Origin: a virus | Lineage: Duplodnaviria > Heunggongvirae > Uroviricota > Caudoviricetes | DNA: 64,000 bases | Virus record (IMG/VR): IMGVR_UViG_3300046047_000103 | Reading direction: 5' to 3' (one strand) | Shown here: positions 17,733 to 28,003 of the stretch, one piece after another | How positions within the stretch are numbered: the stretch's first letter is position 1 | Layout of the letters: the number at the start of each line of letters is the position of its first letter | Program-made: the position numbers and the translations under genes | Notes under the pieces: model-generated | Database searches by the model: none | What the model saw: only the letters and a program-made list of their open reading frames with translations | What the model was told of the DNA's origin: nothing

Positions 17733-20507
17733 GTGAACATGGCATTGTCTACACTGTCCAAGGCTAACACCGCGGTCACCGGTCATAAGACCGTAGGGTT
17801 CATGGGTAGTACGATCAGCAAGCATACGATGACGTTCAGTGAGGACGTCATCCAGATGATCGTCCAGCAGTTGACGGATCTTTACAGTGATCCCATTGCT
17901 GCGACCGTGCGTGAGACCATATCGAACGCGATCGATGCGACCCTGCTGGCGAGGGAGCGGGGTGAGGATGCTCCAGATGTGGACGTGTCGACCCCATCTG
18001 CGTTCAGCCCCACGTTCACGGTGGAAGATCATGGCGTGGGCATGACGAGTGACCAGATCTACTCCAACTTCGCTGACTACGGCAATTCGACGAAGATCGA
18101 TGACATGACCGCAACGGGATCTAAGGGTCTTGGAGCTAAAGCGCCATTGGCCTACACGACGACGTGCGTGGTGTCGACCGTGAAGGATGGTCATAAGATC
18201 ATCCTCACCCTGAATCGTGGTGAGAATTCGAACGAGGCCGAGACCATCTTCGATGGTGATGTTGATGAGCATAATGGTACGAAGATAGAGATCCCGGTCC
18301 GCGCTGAGGATGCGGACAAGTTCCAGGAATGCATCAACAAGTACAAGATGAATGCAGACGCGAGCATCCCCCTGCGGATTGACGGTGAGCCGGCTTACAA
18401 GCAGTTCAATGAGATATGGTCGAAGCTCATCGACTTCCCGATCGCGAAGGACGCTGAGGGCAAAGACATCTATGGCACTCTGTACGTGAAGAAGTCTTAC
18501 ATCCGCCAAGCGTTCAAGGAATGGAGAGATCTTGTCAGAGCAGCCAGTAACCACGATTGGTCGACTGAGGACAGGAACAACATTGCAGAGATAACCTCGG
18601 TGTCGCTGATGGGCTGGAACTATGAGATGCGGGCCGGTCAGTATTACTACACGAAGAACGAGTTCTTGGTCAGGATAGCACCTGGCGTCGTCGACTTCCC
18701 TCCGTCTCGTGATTCGATCAAGCGGAATGACCGTCTTGACAGCCTGCTCGACGCTATCAGAGACGGCATGAAGATCAGGCCGTATGCCCCTGATGAATTC
18801 ACGGAGGAGTTCCCGGCTGCCGTGGCGGAGATCTGGGGATCGATATCCCCGGATGAACGCATCGAGGTTCTTGACCAGATAGCAGATATGGACTTCAAGA
18901 TGGACACCACTGCACTCATGAAGGTCTGGCCTGACGAGGTGAAGCTTTACACTGATGATTATGATGGGAAGTACTTCCGCGCGATTCTCGGATTCAACAT
19001 TCCGTACTCGACGACCTTTCCCATGATATCAAGTTCATTCATCTTCAGGAACAATTCGATGGCAGACAAGACGGAGTCACCGTTGTCCACATTCTCGATC
19101 CATGGGACGTCAGTGCGGAACATCAACATGCTTCTGAACAACTCTGCCGACGATGAGATCAATGATGACAAGACATCTGAGGCGCGTGCTGATGAGATCA
19201 ACGGTCTCTTCCGTGACGATGATGTTCTCGAAGATTGCTCTAAGCTGATCTCTGTCAGAATCGGTTGGATGAAGAAGCACGTATCACTGTTCGCGAGCGA
19301 TTACGCTTCGAACTCATGCCTGACCATCATCAAGGGCAAGTTCGAGGGCAGCAAGTCGTACAGAAGGCTGCGAAGGTACATCAAGTCGGATCAGATCAAC
19401 CATTCATCAAGACAGATCTGCTGCATCGTTGACGGGGATGTGGACGCTCACGACTTTGACGACATGAAGAAGTCCGCGGAGGCTAATCATGTCGAATGGG
19501 GTGGAGTCATCGACTGGGATGACGTGACGGTCAAGAGTAAGACTGTGAAGACTCCAGGCAAGAAGCAGGCCGAGAACGTTCCGGTCAGCGGATACCTGGA
19601 CGCAGCCGTGGGCAGCCCCCTCAGGCAGAGGTTCGCGGTGCTCCTGAACAGGAACGGTTCTTACCCCGACTTCAATGATACGCTTGATCTTCAGGATCTT
19701 AGAGACAATGATGGCACGGTGTGGATCTATTCCAGGAGCTGGGGGAATCGTGACGCTTGCATCTTGCTGACCGAGATGGTGAAGAACCGCGCCGTCGTTG
19801 ATGGAAAGCCGTTCGCTCTGATTAACGCCTCGGACCATGACCATGGACTGCGAGCAGCTGCCTTCAATGTCTTGTCAGGATATGACAAGATTTGGATCGT
19901 GGATGGTACTCCGAAGATCCCGCGCTACAAGGCTATGAAGGACGCTCACATCATCAAGTATGGTAGTGACCCTGGCTTAGCTATGAGCCAGGCTATACTG
20001 TCTGATGCTGACCATTGGTCTGACCTTGTCTATGAGTTCTTGTGTTCGACCGATCTGCTGACAGAGAAGTCGTCACTAGAGGCCAGGTTAATCAATCTGG
20101 CCGAGCAGATCACCGGAACCGTCAAGCATGCCAAGTCTTTTGACGCTAAGATGTACAAGGGCGTTCTTGACGTCATGCTGGAGGCGTCCAAACCTTACCA
20201 GTTCAAGCAGATCGTCGCCCCGTTGCTGAAGAATCCGCCTAAGAACGCCAAGGTGATGGAGGCGGCCAGGGAGCTGGCCTACCATTCCGAGCTTAAGTCC
20301 AAGATCCAGGATGACCAGTCTAACCTTGATGTCGTCATGGTGAAGTCCATGGTGACGACGAATTGGGGATGGGGATCATATGACATTCTCAAGGATCTCC
20401 CCAAGTTTGACCCCTCGACTTCCATGATCGCGCAGTCCATCAAGGAATGGTGGACTGGCTACGCGACCCCGATCTATAAGCATGCCGTCGCTAATTGCGG
20501 ATTCTGA
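17733..20507 (+). CDS. rIIA: rIIA-like protein with an N-terminal GHKL (Bergerat-fold) ATPase domain
   Basis: N box TVRETISNAIDA, G1 VEDHGVGMT and G2 GSKGLGAKAPLAY. 924 aa. A ~319-aa partner follows, as in T4 rIIA/rIIB. Confidence 0.55.
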   Translation: MNMALSTLSKANTAVTGHKTVGFMGSTISKHTMTFSEDVIQMIVQQLTDLYSDPIAATVRETISNAIDATLLARERGEDAPDVDVSTPSAFSPTFTVEDHGVGMTSDQIYSNFADYGNSTKIDDMTATGSKGLGAKAPLAYTTTCVVSTVKDGHKIILTLNRGENSNEAETIFDGDVDEHNGTKIEIPVRAEDADKFQECINKYKMNADASIPLRIDGEPAYKQFNEIWSKLIDFPIAKDAEGKDIYGTLYVKKSYIRQAFKEWRDLVRAASNHDWSTEDRNNIAEITSVSLMGWNYEMRAGQYYYTKNEFLVRIAPGVVDFPPSRDSIKRNDRLDSLLDAIRDGMKIRPYAPDEFTEEFPAAVAEIWGSISPDERIEVLDQIADMDFKMDTTALMKVWPDEVKLYTDDYDGKYFRAILGFNIPYSTTFPMISSSFIFRNNSMADKTESPLSTFSIHGTSVRNINMLLNNSADDEINDDKTSEARADEINGLFRDDDVLEDCSKLISVRIGWMKKHVSLFASDYASNSCLTIIKGKFEGSKSYRRLRRYIKSDQINHSSRQICCIVDGDVDAHDFDDMKKSAEANHVEWGGVIDWDDVTVKSKTVKTPGKKQAENVPVSGYLDAAVGSPLRQRFAVLLNRNGSYPDFNDTLDLQDLRDNDGTVWIYSRSWGNRDACILLTEMVKNRAVVDGKPFALINASDHDHGLRAAAFNVLSGYDKIWIVDGTPKIPRYKAMKDAHIIKYGSDPGLAMSQAILSDADHWSDLVYEFLCSTDLLTEKSSLEARLINLAEQITGTVKHAKSFDAKMYKGVLDVMLEASKPYQFKQIVAPLLKNPPKNAKVMEAARELAYHSELKSKIQDDQSNLDVVMVKSMVTTNWGWGSYDILKDLPKFDPSTSMIAQSIKEWWTGYATPIYKHAVANCGF

Positions 20508-20582
20508 CGGCAAGGCGTTTTCATTCCGTCAGCCCAATGATATAATGAGAAGTGAGCAAGTACATAAGATGGTAAGGAGAAG

Positions 20583-21542
20583 ATGATGGCAACTGTAACC
20601 AGTCTGTCCGGGAACTATAACACGCTGAACAAGGAGTACGACGAACTTCACGGCGCGCTTACTCTCGATGACGGGACTATGAAGACGTTCACCCTGCAAG
20701 GAGGTGGTGACCGCACCGAGGAATTCGATTCCATCGTCAAGGGCATCGATGAGGGTGTAAGCAATGCTGAGCTTGCTGAACTCATCTTGAAGGCGTCGGA
20801 TAAGATCGGCATCGTCGAATCCAGGATCTCATCGAATCTGGAGTCGATCGGATTTGATGATCGTCTGACGAGAAGCGGCAACCGCATCTTCGTTGACGGT
20901 GAGCCGATCGACCCGGTTCTTGAGCGCGAGATCTTGTCCATTCTCAATCATGAGTCCGCGTCAAGCGAGGATGACAACTCCAGGAACTGGAAGTCCCTGC
21001 TCATGTTCGTCAAGGATCTGTACTCGAACAGTAATGAGTACGTCCGGGGGCAGCTGTTCTCATGGCTCAAGGCGAACTTCGAGTCTTCGTCCAAGGGCTT
21101 CACGCTGCTTGACGATGGACGGATCGTCGGGTACAAGGGCGTTGCGCGTACGGATGACGGAACGCCGCAGAGCTCGTACACCGGTCTTGGTCTGGTCAAG
21201 GAGAAGGGCGAGACCGAGTTCCATGAGGTGAATGGCCATATCCCGAATAAGATCGGCTCCACCATCTCCATGCCGCGTAGCCTTGTCACTAATGACCCTA
21301 ACATTGGCTGCGCTCCGGGTCTGCATATCGGAACATGGGACTACGCTTACTCATGGGGCAACGGGTATGTCCTCACGGTCGCGTTCAGCGCGTCTGACGT
21401 GGTAAGCGTCCCTGTGGACTCCGGGTTCAAGAAGCTTCGTGTCTGCAAGTATGAGGTTCTGAACGTCACCGAGACGCCGCATCATGACATCAGTCTTGAC
21501 TATGATGATGACGACGACGAATATGATGATGGAGAGGATTGA
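20583..21542 (+). CDS. rIIB: rIIB-like protein (tentative) with an acidic C-terminal tail
   Basis: 319 aa, immediately downstream of the rIIA-like gene. The size matches T4 rIIB (312 aa). No independent motif evidence. Confidence 0.35.
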   Translation: MMATVTSLSGNYNTLNKEYDELHGALTLDDGTMKTFTLQGGGDRTEEFDSIVKGIDEGVSNAELAELILKASDKIGIVESRISSNLESIGFDDRLTRSGNRIFVDGEPIDPVLEREILSILNHESASSEDDNSRNWKSLLMFVKDLYSNSNEYVRGQLFSWLKANFESSSKGFTLLDDGRIVGYKGVARTDDGTPQSSYTGLGLVKEKGETEFHEVNGHIPNKIGSTISMPRSLVTNDPNIGCAPGLHIGTWDYAYSWGNGYVLTVAFSASDVVSVPVDSGFKKLRVCKYEVLNVTETPHHDISLDYDDDDDEYDDGED

Positions 21543-21832
21543 TCTGTAGTCAAGATCTGTCATCTTTAATGGCGTGACTTCCTGATATCTTGCCAGTGGA
21601 AGTCACGCCATTTTTCATATAAGGAGCCTGTCATGGCATTACCTAGAAGAGCCCGTCCGAGAGACCTTGAAGAGTACTCCGAGCCTGCGCCTGAGGTCAC
21701 CAGCACACCGAGTCAGATCCATTTTGATCTACCATCATATGGGGTTCGAAGCCGATCGTCATCCCCGATCCGGAGAGACCTGACCTTGAGGAGCATAAGC
21801 CTTCCGCAGATCACGGATCTAAGCATGACGCC

Positions 21833-22375
21833 ATGAGGGAGCAGTCGAGACCGGCCGTGCAGCCACCTGACCGCAGTCCAGCGCATCCAGATCCGGCTGT
21901 GAAGGAAGCAGGGGCTTCAGGATCTGATACTAGTCTGATAGCATTAGCCTTCGCCGTGGCCGGTCTCCCTCCATTCGCCTTGTTCATCGTGGTAGCCGTA
22001 TGGCTACTGAGCGGGAACGTCATGACCGGTCTGTTCACGGCCGGGCTTCTGATCTTACTACTTCCGGTCATTGGACTGGCGATGGGTATCATGGCTCTTG
22101 TCAAGAAGGGTAAGATGACGGCGATGGTCGCATCCGCGCTCGCTATCGTGCTTTCACTGATCTCACTGTCCGCATTCGGGATCGTGTACATGCGCAGGAG
22201 CGAGATCGTATCTAATGTGGAGTCCGGGATAGCCGGTCTCGTGTCATCGCAGATGGAGAAGAGTCTTGCGGGTGGATCGTCCAATAATGGATCCGGTGCT
22301 ACAGGGTCGGACGCAGTCCCGCCAGCTCCGGTACCATCAGACGACCCGCTCTATGATGAGATCAGCAACAGTTAA
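21833..22375 (+). CDS. polytopic membrane protein
   Basis: About four hydrophobic helices, then a Ser/Gly-rich tail. Confidence 0.45.
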   Translation: MREQSRPAVQPPDRSPAHPDPAVKEAGASGSDTSLIALAFAVAGLPPFALFIVVAVWLLSGNVMTGLFTAGLLILLLPVIGLAMGIMALVKKGKMTAMVASALAIVLSLISLSAFGIVYMRRSEIVSNVESGIAGLVSSQMEKSLAGGSSNNGSGATGSDAVPPAPVPSDDPLYDEISNS

Positions 22376-22386
22376 GGAGTGATCAT

Positions 22387-22995
22387 ATGATACGCGCAAT
22401 ACAGAGGGTAAGATCCCATCACGGATGGACGGGCATGCTTGTACTTCTCGGATCTGGAATGGGTCTGCTGGCATCGTTCATGCTTTCACTGGAAGCATAC
22501 TGGCGGGCGCTGAACCCGACTCAGGTGTTCTCATGTGACGTGAACGCGAAGCTCTCATGCTCCAGCGTGGCCGCGTCATGGCAGTCCACGCTCTTGCACT
22601 GGCCGGGCGGTGGAGCTATCCCGAACGCATTCCTCGGTCTTGGCATCTTCGCCGTGTTCGTGACGATCGGCGTGTTCATAGCGAGTCACGCGACCATCCC
22701 GGAATGGATACTCTGGGGCTTCAGATTGGGGGTCGTCGCTGAGCTGGTGTTCTCGACCTGGCTGTTATGGGAGTCGATGTTCGTGATCGGTGCGATGTGC
22801 CCATGGTGCCTGACCATGGATCTTGGATCCATCTTGCTTGCATTCGGTGCGTTCAGGGACTGGGCGCTTGCGAAGGGCGATCGGCATCCCAGAGCGTTGA
22901 GATTCACGATCGGAATGGAATCCCTGCTGGTATCTGTTCTCATCTTGCTAGCATTCGCCTTCATTGTCGTCTTGCATTACTTTGGATCAATTTAG
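22387..22995 (+). CDS. vitamin K epoxide reductase (VKOR) homolog
   Basis: Loop Cys pair CDVNAKLSC (Cx7C) plus the active-site CPWC in a TM helix. Polytopic. Confidence 0.65.
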   Translation: MIRAIQRVRSHHGWTGMLVLLGSGMGLLASFMLSLEAYWRALNPTQVFSCDVNAKLSCSSVAASWQSTLLHWPGGGAIPNAFLGLGIFAVFVTIGVFIASHATIPEWILWGFRLGVVAELVFSTWLLWESMFVIGAMCPWCLTMDLGSILLAFGAFRDWALAKGDRHPRALRFTIGMESLLVSVLILLAFAFIVVLHYFGSI

Positions 22996-23057
22996 TTTTG
23001 CAAAGCCCGTGATCTTTTGATATGATCGTATCATGTTCAATATGAGAGGAGCAGTGA

Positions 23058-24305
23058 ATGGCAAGCGCATCTAAAGCGGCAGTCCAGAGGGTCACCCCGG
23101 CTAAGGCTGACATTGATTCAGAGTTGCGGAAGGCTAGAGACCTTGCTGGAGCTACGAGGAAGTCGTATGACGAGCTTGACGGGCAGGTGGCGAAGACTAT
23201 TAAGACCATCTTCGATGTCAAGTCAGATAAGGATTCGACCCAGCTTGAGCATGTCTATGAGTTGCATGAGAAGTATTCTAACCTCGGCGCTGATGCGCTG
23301 AAGGGTCTCATGCCGGATCTGACGAACGAATCGTTCAACGTCTCCATGAAGGAGCTTGACTACGGATCAGAGGCTAGCAAGGACATCTCCAAGACCCTTG
23401 CCAAGGTGTCTGACTCCCTGGCTGATCTTGATGCTTCCAAGATCAGCCACCGGCCTAGCAACGCCTTGCTCAGGGCGGTCTATGATCCCGTGCGCGGGTT
23501 CTTCAACCGGAGCAGGAAGGCCGGCGCCGTCATCGAGAGCTGCATGAAGACGCTGACGAAGTACGAGCTGTCCCTGATATCAGACATCGCTGCGTACAAT
23601 AAGGACAGGGTGAGAGCTGCGAAGTGCGCTGAGGTGGCCACCCAGCAGGCGGAACTAGCCGATGAGATCATCAAGGAGCTCCGCAAGCAGCTTGCTTCCA
23701 TGACGTTCGACGAGTCCAACATCGATCTGAAGAATGCGATCGAGTCGGAGGTGCTTGCCACGCTTGAACGCAGGAAGACCGATCTGCTTGAGATCGCCAC
23801 CGGCCAGGCTACATACATCGCGTCCATTGATCTGCTCTCGAAGACGCATTACAAGATTCTTGAGATCGTGAAGAGCACGAAGAACACGGCTGTCATCCAG
23901 TTCCGTTCCGCGGTCCAGGTCGCGCACGGGATCTATGTCCAGGAGACCGCTCGCAAGGCTGTACTCACCACGAACAAGGCAAGCTCTGATCTTGACATGG
24001 ACAATGCGGTGAACTTGAAGGAGTCCGTTAAGAACATCAGTGATGTCAGTCATGTACTGCATGACAACATTGATTCCATGTCCGCAGCGCTGAACACGGT
24101 TCTGGAAGCCCATGACGCATTCAAGAGTGCTGAGGCGTCATCTGCCGACGTGGCGAGGGACGCTGCCGAGAGAGCGCAGAAGCAGCTCCGTCTCATGAAC
24201 AAGAAGCTGGAGCAGTCGAAGATTCTTGACGATACGAGAAACGATCTGCTGGCTAAGATCACCTCGTCGTCACATGAAGATGCGGCGGATGGTGATGTCC
24301 AGTGA
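23058..24305 (+). CDS. TelA/KlaA-like coiled-coil protein (tentative)
   Basis: 415 aa, all-helical and coiled-coil rich. The resemblance to TelA is weak and recalled from memory. Confidence 0.35.
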   Translation: MASASKAAVQRVTPAKADIDSELRKARDLAGATRKSYDELDGQVAKTIKTIFDVKSDKDSTQLEHVYELHEKYSNLGADALKGLMPDLTNESFNVSMKELDYGSEASKDISKTLAKVSDSLADLDASKISHRPSNALLRAVYDPVRGFFNRSRKAGAVIESCMKTLTKYELSLISDIAAYNKDRVRAAKCAEVATQQAELADEIIKELRKQLASMTFDESNIDLKNAIESEVLATLERRKTDLLEIATGQATYIASIDLLSKTHYKILEIVKSTKNTAVIQFRSAVQVAHGIYVQETARKAVLTTNKASSDLDMDNAVNLKESVKNISDVSHVLHDNIDSMSAALNTVLEAHDAFKSAEASSADVARDAAERAQKQLRLMNKKLEQSKILDDTRNDLLAKITSSSHEDAADGDVQ

Positions 24306-24408
24306 CCAAGATGCAGGAAGGCCCCTCCAGACGCGCGAGACTGCGTTCTAAACGCCGTTCCCATGTTGGATGCGTTTCCCTTCATAATGTGGCGTCTATG
24401 GTGTTAGC

Positions 24409-25035
24409 GTGTCGTCTGTCAATGGAGGAAGGATCATGAAGCATAGTGGAGTGATCAGTGAGAAATGGTGGTCAGTTCTTGACAAGAAGCGCGCTGAGAT
24501 GCGGTTGGCAGATAGTCAGCCGGGTGATCATCCAACGGACAATGACCCCGATGTGTCCAGCGAACGATTTGATCAGAAAAGAACGCTGGACGATCTTATC
24601 CAGGAGCTGCAGTCCATCAAGTACAAGAGGTACGATGGTGACGGCACTGTTCCAGTGGCCATCGCGTACCGTGATGATTCAGATCAGATCTCCATGGGAG
24701 CTGTTCTGGTTGACTGCAATGATGCTGACAGTCAGGTCATTCTGTCGGCAGATCGTCAGAACACGGTCATTGACGGCCTTGCGTCGAATGATGATTCCAG
24801 GTATGATGACGATGATGAAAGCATGACTGACCGGGTCATGAGGGTGGCGAAGGCTATCCATTCTGACGATATTGGAACGATCAATCACGCCAGGGCTGCT
24901 TATGACGAGTCCGTGTACACGGCTGCCAAGATAGCTGACGGTCTTGTCGAATCTACGCTTGAAGACTACCCGGACACTGACGAGGGTTGGGATGCAGCCG
25001 TTGCTTCCGCCATTCAGATCAACGGTGATCAGTGA
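24409..25035 (+). CDS. hypothetical acidic protein
   Basis: 208-aa ORF. Confidence 0.45.
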   Translation: MSSVNGGRIMKHSGVISEKWWSVLDKKRAEMRLADSQPGDHPTDNDPDVSSERFDQKRTLDDLIQELQSIKYKRYDGDGTVPVAIAYRDDSDQISMGAVLVDCNDADSQVILSADRQNTVIDGLASNDDSRYDDDDESMTDRVMRVAKAIHSDDIGTINHARAAYDESVYTAAKIADGLVESTLEDYPDTDEGWDAAVASAIQINGDQ

Positions 25036-25056
25036 TGGTCCAGTGAGGATGTCGAG

Positions 25057-25698
25057 ATGCAAGATCGTAAGTGTGAGGGTTGCTGGAGAAGAATAATGAG
25101 AAGAACATTCAATGATGAGAATAAGGTCCAATCAGTCGTAGACGGTCTTAAGATCAGGCCGATAGCGAATGGATGGTTGAAGAGCAGGGCTGTGGACAGG
25201 CTTGCCCTCAGTGAGGACGCTATCGATGCGTACTCCGTGCAGGCGAGGAACGTGAAGACGTACACGATGAAGTCGACGTATGAGGACATCACCCCTGAAC
25301 GCAGATGGGCGATGGCGTCGACCATCCGTAGGAGCCCGGGTCCGTTCGTCGCAAGGCTTGGTAGGGAACTGGCCGCTGCCGCGTTCCTTGAGAAGCCGGC
25401 CGCCATGCGAGTCGAGACGATCACGACTGAAGACATGTTCACAGATGAAGACGAAGATGAAGCATTCGCTCTTCATTATGATGAAGGATGGGAAGATCGG
25501 GTGAATGACAAGTTCACTGGAGAGATATCCGTCATCATCGATATGGAAGACTCCCCGCAGAGTGATGTAGATCTGATGGTAAGATGGTTGAAGGACACGG
25601 GGGCATACAAGCTGTTCGATACCGTTGATGGACCTAAGGCGTCTTATCGTGTCCATAGGGTGAGATCAACGGTCAGCGAGTATCTTCCATTCGACTGA
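25057..25698 (+). CDS. hypothetical protein
   Basis: 213-aa ORF. Confidence 0.45.
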   Translation: MQDRKCEGCWRRIMRRTFNDENKVQSVVDGLKIRPIANGWLKSRAVDRLALSEDAIDAYSVQARNVKTYTMKSTYEDITPERRWAMASTIRRSPGPFVARLGRELAAAAFLEKPAAMRVETITTEDMFTDEDEDEAFALHYDEGWEDRVNDKFTGEISVIIDMEDSPQSDVDLMVRWLKDTGAYKLFDTVDGPKASYRVHRVRSTVSEYLPFD

Positions 25699-25707
25699 GG
25701 AGGTCAG

Positions 25708-26109
25708 ATGTCTTCAAAGAATGCTAGACGCAGGCGCCGGCAGGATCTTATGAAGCGGCGTGAGCAGAGAAGGGAACGGGCGGAGCGTGAGATCGCCGCT
25801 GGAAAGAAGCGAGCATTGCTGGCAAGTTCTGGCGATGATAAGCCCGTTGATGATCAACCGGTAGTACAAGCGGTGAAGACGGCACCGGACAGACGATCAG
25901 TCAAGCGAAAGGTCGACGTGAAGATGCAGCAGGACATCAAGGATCTTGCCGGGAGACTACGGAAGCAGAACGCTGAGGATCAGCATGCTGCAAGCAGGAA
26001 GAACTCATCTGCGTCCAGATCTCGCAAGCAGGTCGTGGTAAGAATCATTGCTGTCATCGCGGCGGTGGCCACGTTAGGAATGTTCATCGTTCCGTCACTG
26101 CTGCTTTAG
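25708..26109 (+). CDS. basic protein with a C-terminal membrane anchor
   Basis: Arg-rich N-terminus and a C-terminal TM (VRIIAVIAAVATLGMFIV). Confidence 0.4.
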   Translation: MSSKNARRRRRQDLMKRREQRRERAEREIAAGKKRALLASSGDDKPVDDQPVVQAVKTAPDRRSVKRKVDVKMQQDIKDLAGRLRKQNAEDQHAASRKNSSASRSRKQVVVRIIAVIAAVATLGMFIVPSLLL

Positions 26110-26129
26110 TATGATCGGGGGATCATAGT

Positions 26130-27071
26130 TTGCGCATATCTTACACAACAATGAGGCACATATTCCACCAGCATGCAAGACATAAGGCCACCCGGTCGGG
26201 TGCGATCATATCACTGAATCGTAGGATCTCGCTAGTTCTGATAGCGGCCGCTGTCAGCATCGTATCCGCACTGACCGTCATTGATCGTCGTGCGGATGGA
26301 GCGGCAGGACCAGCTGCTTACACGGCTACCAGGACATGGAAGGAACCGGCCGTCAACAGTGATAGCACCGAGGTCTCCAGATCTGGACGGCGGCGTGCCC
26401 TGTTGACCGAGTCCACGTCAACAGATGCCGAGGGAAGCTGGGATCTTGGAGACGAGGAAGATATCGGCAAGAATCTTCAAGATCAGGCTAATGATCAGTC
26501 GAAGGCTATTGAGATCAGGTCGCGGATGACGGGCGACATCAATGGATGGAAGACGCTTGACAGCACTGCGTACACGGTTGACAGCTGGGCTGAATACTCG
26601 TCTGATCTTGATGCTGCCAATGATCTTGTCCATGACGGCAGTCTTGACGTCTCCGCTCTGCAGTCCACGCTTGACGATCTGGAACGATCCCACGCCGCCC
26701 TCAAGACCGTTCCCAAGATCGCTCCGGCGGTCAATCAAGGGCATGCGTCTGTTCCGAGCGGGCCAACCGTCCCGGTCAATGAGATCCAATCATACGCTCA
26801 TGATAAGGTCGTCAGCCGCGGATGGAGTGAGGCTGACTTCACCGCTCTTGTCTGGTTATGGAATCGGGAGTCAGGATGGAATCCGAATGCGTCTAATGCG
26901 TCATCAGGCGCGTACGGGATACCGCAGTGTCTTGGCCATGCGGAGTGTCAGTCCGATGCGTTCAAGACTGACTACAGGGTCCAGGTCGACTGGGGTCTCG
27001 GATATATTGCCGGCAGGTACGGTACCCCGTCGACAGCGCAGCAGCACAGTCTGTCTACAGGATGGTACTGA
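26130..27071 (+). CDS. membrane-anchored transglycosylase-like (IsaA/SceD/Rpf-type lysozyme-like) domain protein
   Basis: ESGWNPNASNASSGAYGIPQ matches the ESGGNYNAVNPSSGAAGKYQ transglycosylase-like signature. N-terminal TM. Confidence 0.5.
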   Translation: MRISYTTMRHIFHQHARHKATRSGAIISLNRRISLVLIAAAVSIVSALTVIDRRADGAAGPAAYTATRTWKEPAVNSDSTEVSRSGRRRALLTESTSTDAEGSWDLGDEEDIGKNLQDQANDQSKAIEIRSRMTGDINGWKTLDSTAYTVDSWAEYSSDLDAANDLVHDGSLDVSALQSTLDDLERSHAALKTVPKIAPAVNQGHASVPSGPTVPVNEIQSYAHDKVVSRGWSEADFTALVWLWNRESGWNPNASNASSGAYGIPQCLGHAECQSDAFKTDYRVQVDWGLGYIAGRYGTPSTAQQHSLSTGWY

Positions 27072-27904
27072 TGGCCGGCGGTGAAGACATGGATGAGCGC
27101 AAGATCTTAAGGGTGCGGTTCGTGATACCGGTCAAGTACTATAAGGGATCAAACACGAATGATGTCCCTGCGGTGTCCAGGAGCAAGAGTCAGTGGCTGC
27201 GACGGTATGGTGAACAGGTCTGGTCTGACGCGATCAGGAGAGACTTCGGGATCGTGGCGGATGAGCCCGACGACTGGAAGAAGTCCAGTACGGCGTACTC
27301 ACCATCAGAGCAGAAGACCCATGACGCATTCACGGATCAGGATATGATCGTGGAGACCGCTTCCAATCTGGTGAAGACGCTTGAGGCCGATCATGAGAAC
27401 ATCCGTACGACCCTGCATGATGTGGACAAGAAGTCGTATGAGCATGCCGAGCTGAAGGCGCAGCTTGCTTCCATCGAGGATGATCTGAAGACGGCGAAGC
27501 GGCGTCTTCAGATCGAGTCGAAGCTGTTGACGAAGACGCGGAATGCGTTCAAGACTGCCCACAGCCGTCAGGACTCCAGAAGGTCAAGGGCGGATCGGAA
27601 GTCATACATCAAGGAGAAGTCCAGGCTGAATGAGGGCAAGCTCTTGTTCCCAGGACGGGTCACTCTCGATGTCAGATCTAATATCATAACAGCCCATGAC
27701 TTTGATGCTCCGAACTGCTGGCCGTCCGTGAAGCCATTGCAAGACGGGGGTACAGACACTTGCATCTTATGGCATGATGACAACAACAACTTCATCACGC
27801 GGACAAGCTTCTACGGCGGAGGCAAGGAAGACAGCAAGAACTATGTGATCGATATGATCGTCCGTGAGGACGATGGTGACGGATCAGATCCGTTCCGTGA
27901 CTGA
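27062..27904 (+). CDS. hypothetical protein
   Basis: 280-aa ORF with a coiled-coil segment. Confidence 0.45.
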   Translation: MVLMAGGEDMDERKILRVRFVIPVKYYKGSNTNDVPAVSRSKSQWLRRYGEQVWSDAIRRDFGIVADEPDDWKKSSTAYSPSEQKTHDAFTDQDMIVETASNLVKTLEADHENIRTTLHDVDKKSYEHAELKAQLASIEDDLKTAKRRLQIESKLLTKTRNAFKTAHSRQDSRRSRADRKSYIKEKSRLNEGKLLFPGRVTLDVRSNIITAHDFDAPNCWPSVKPLQDGGTDTCILWHDDNNNFITRTSFYGGGKEDSKNYVIDMIVREDDGDGSDPFRD

Positions 27905-28003
27905 TCATCCCTCTGACTGATTGCAGGTTGGATTCAAGCGATGGTACAATGATCATTGCATCATGTCCATATGGAATGATCCATCGATCTACAAGGAGTT
28001 TAA

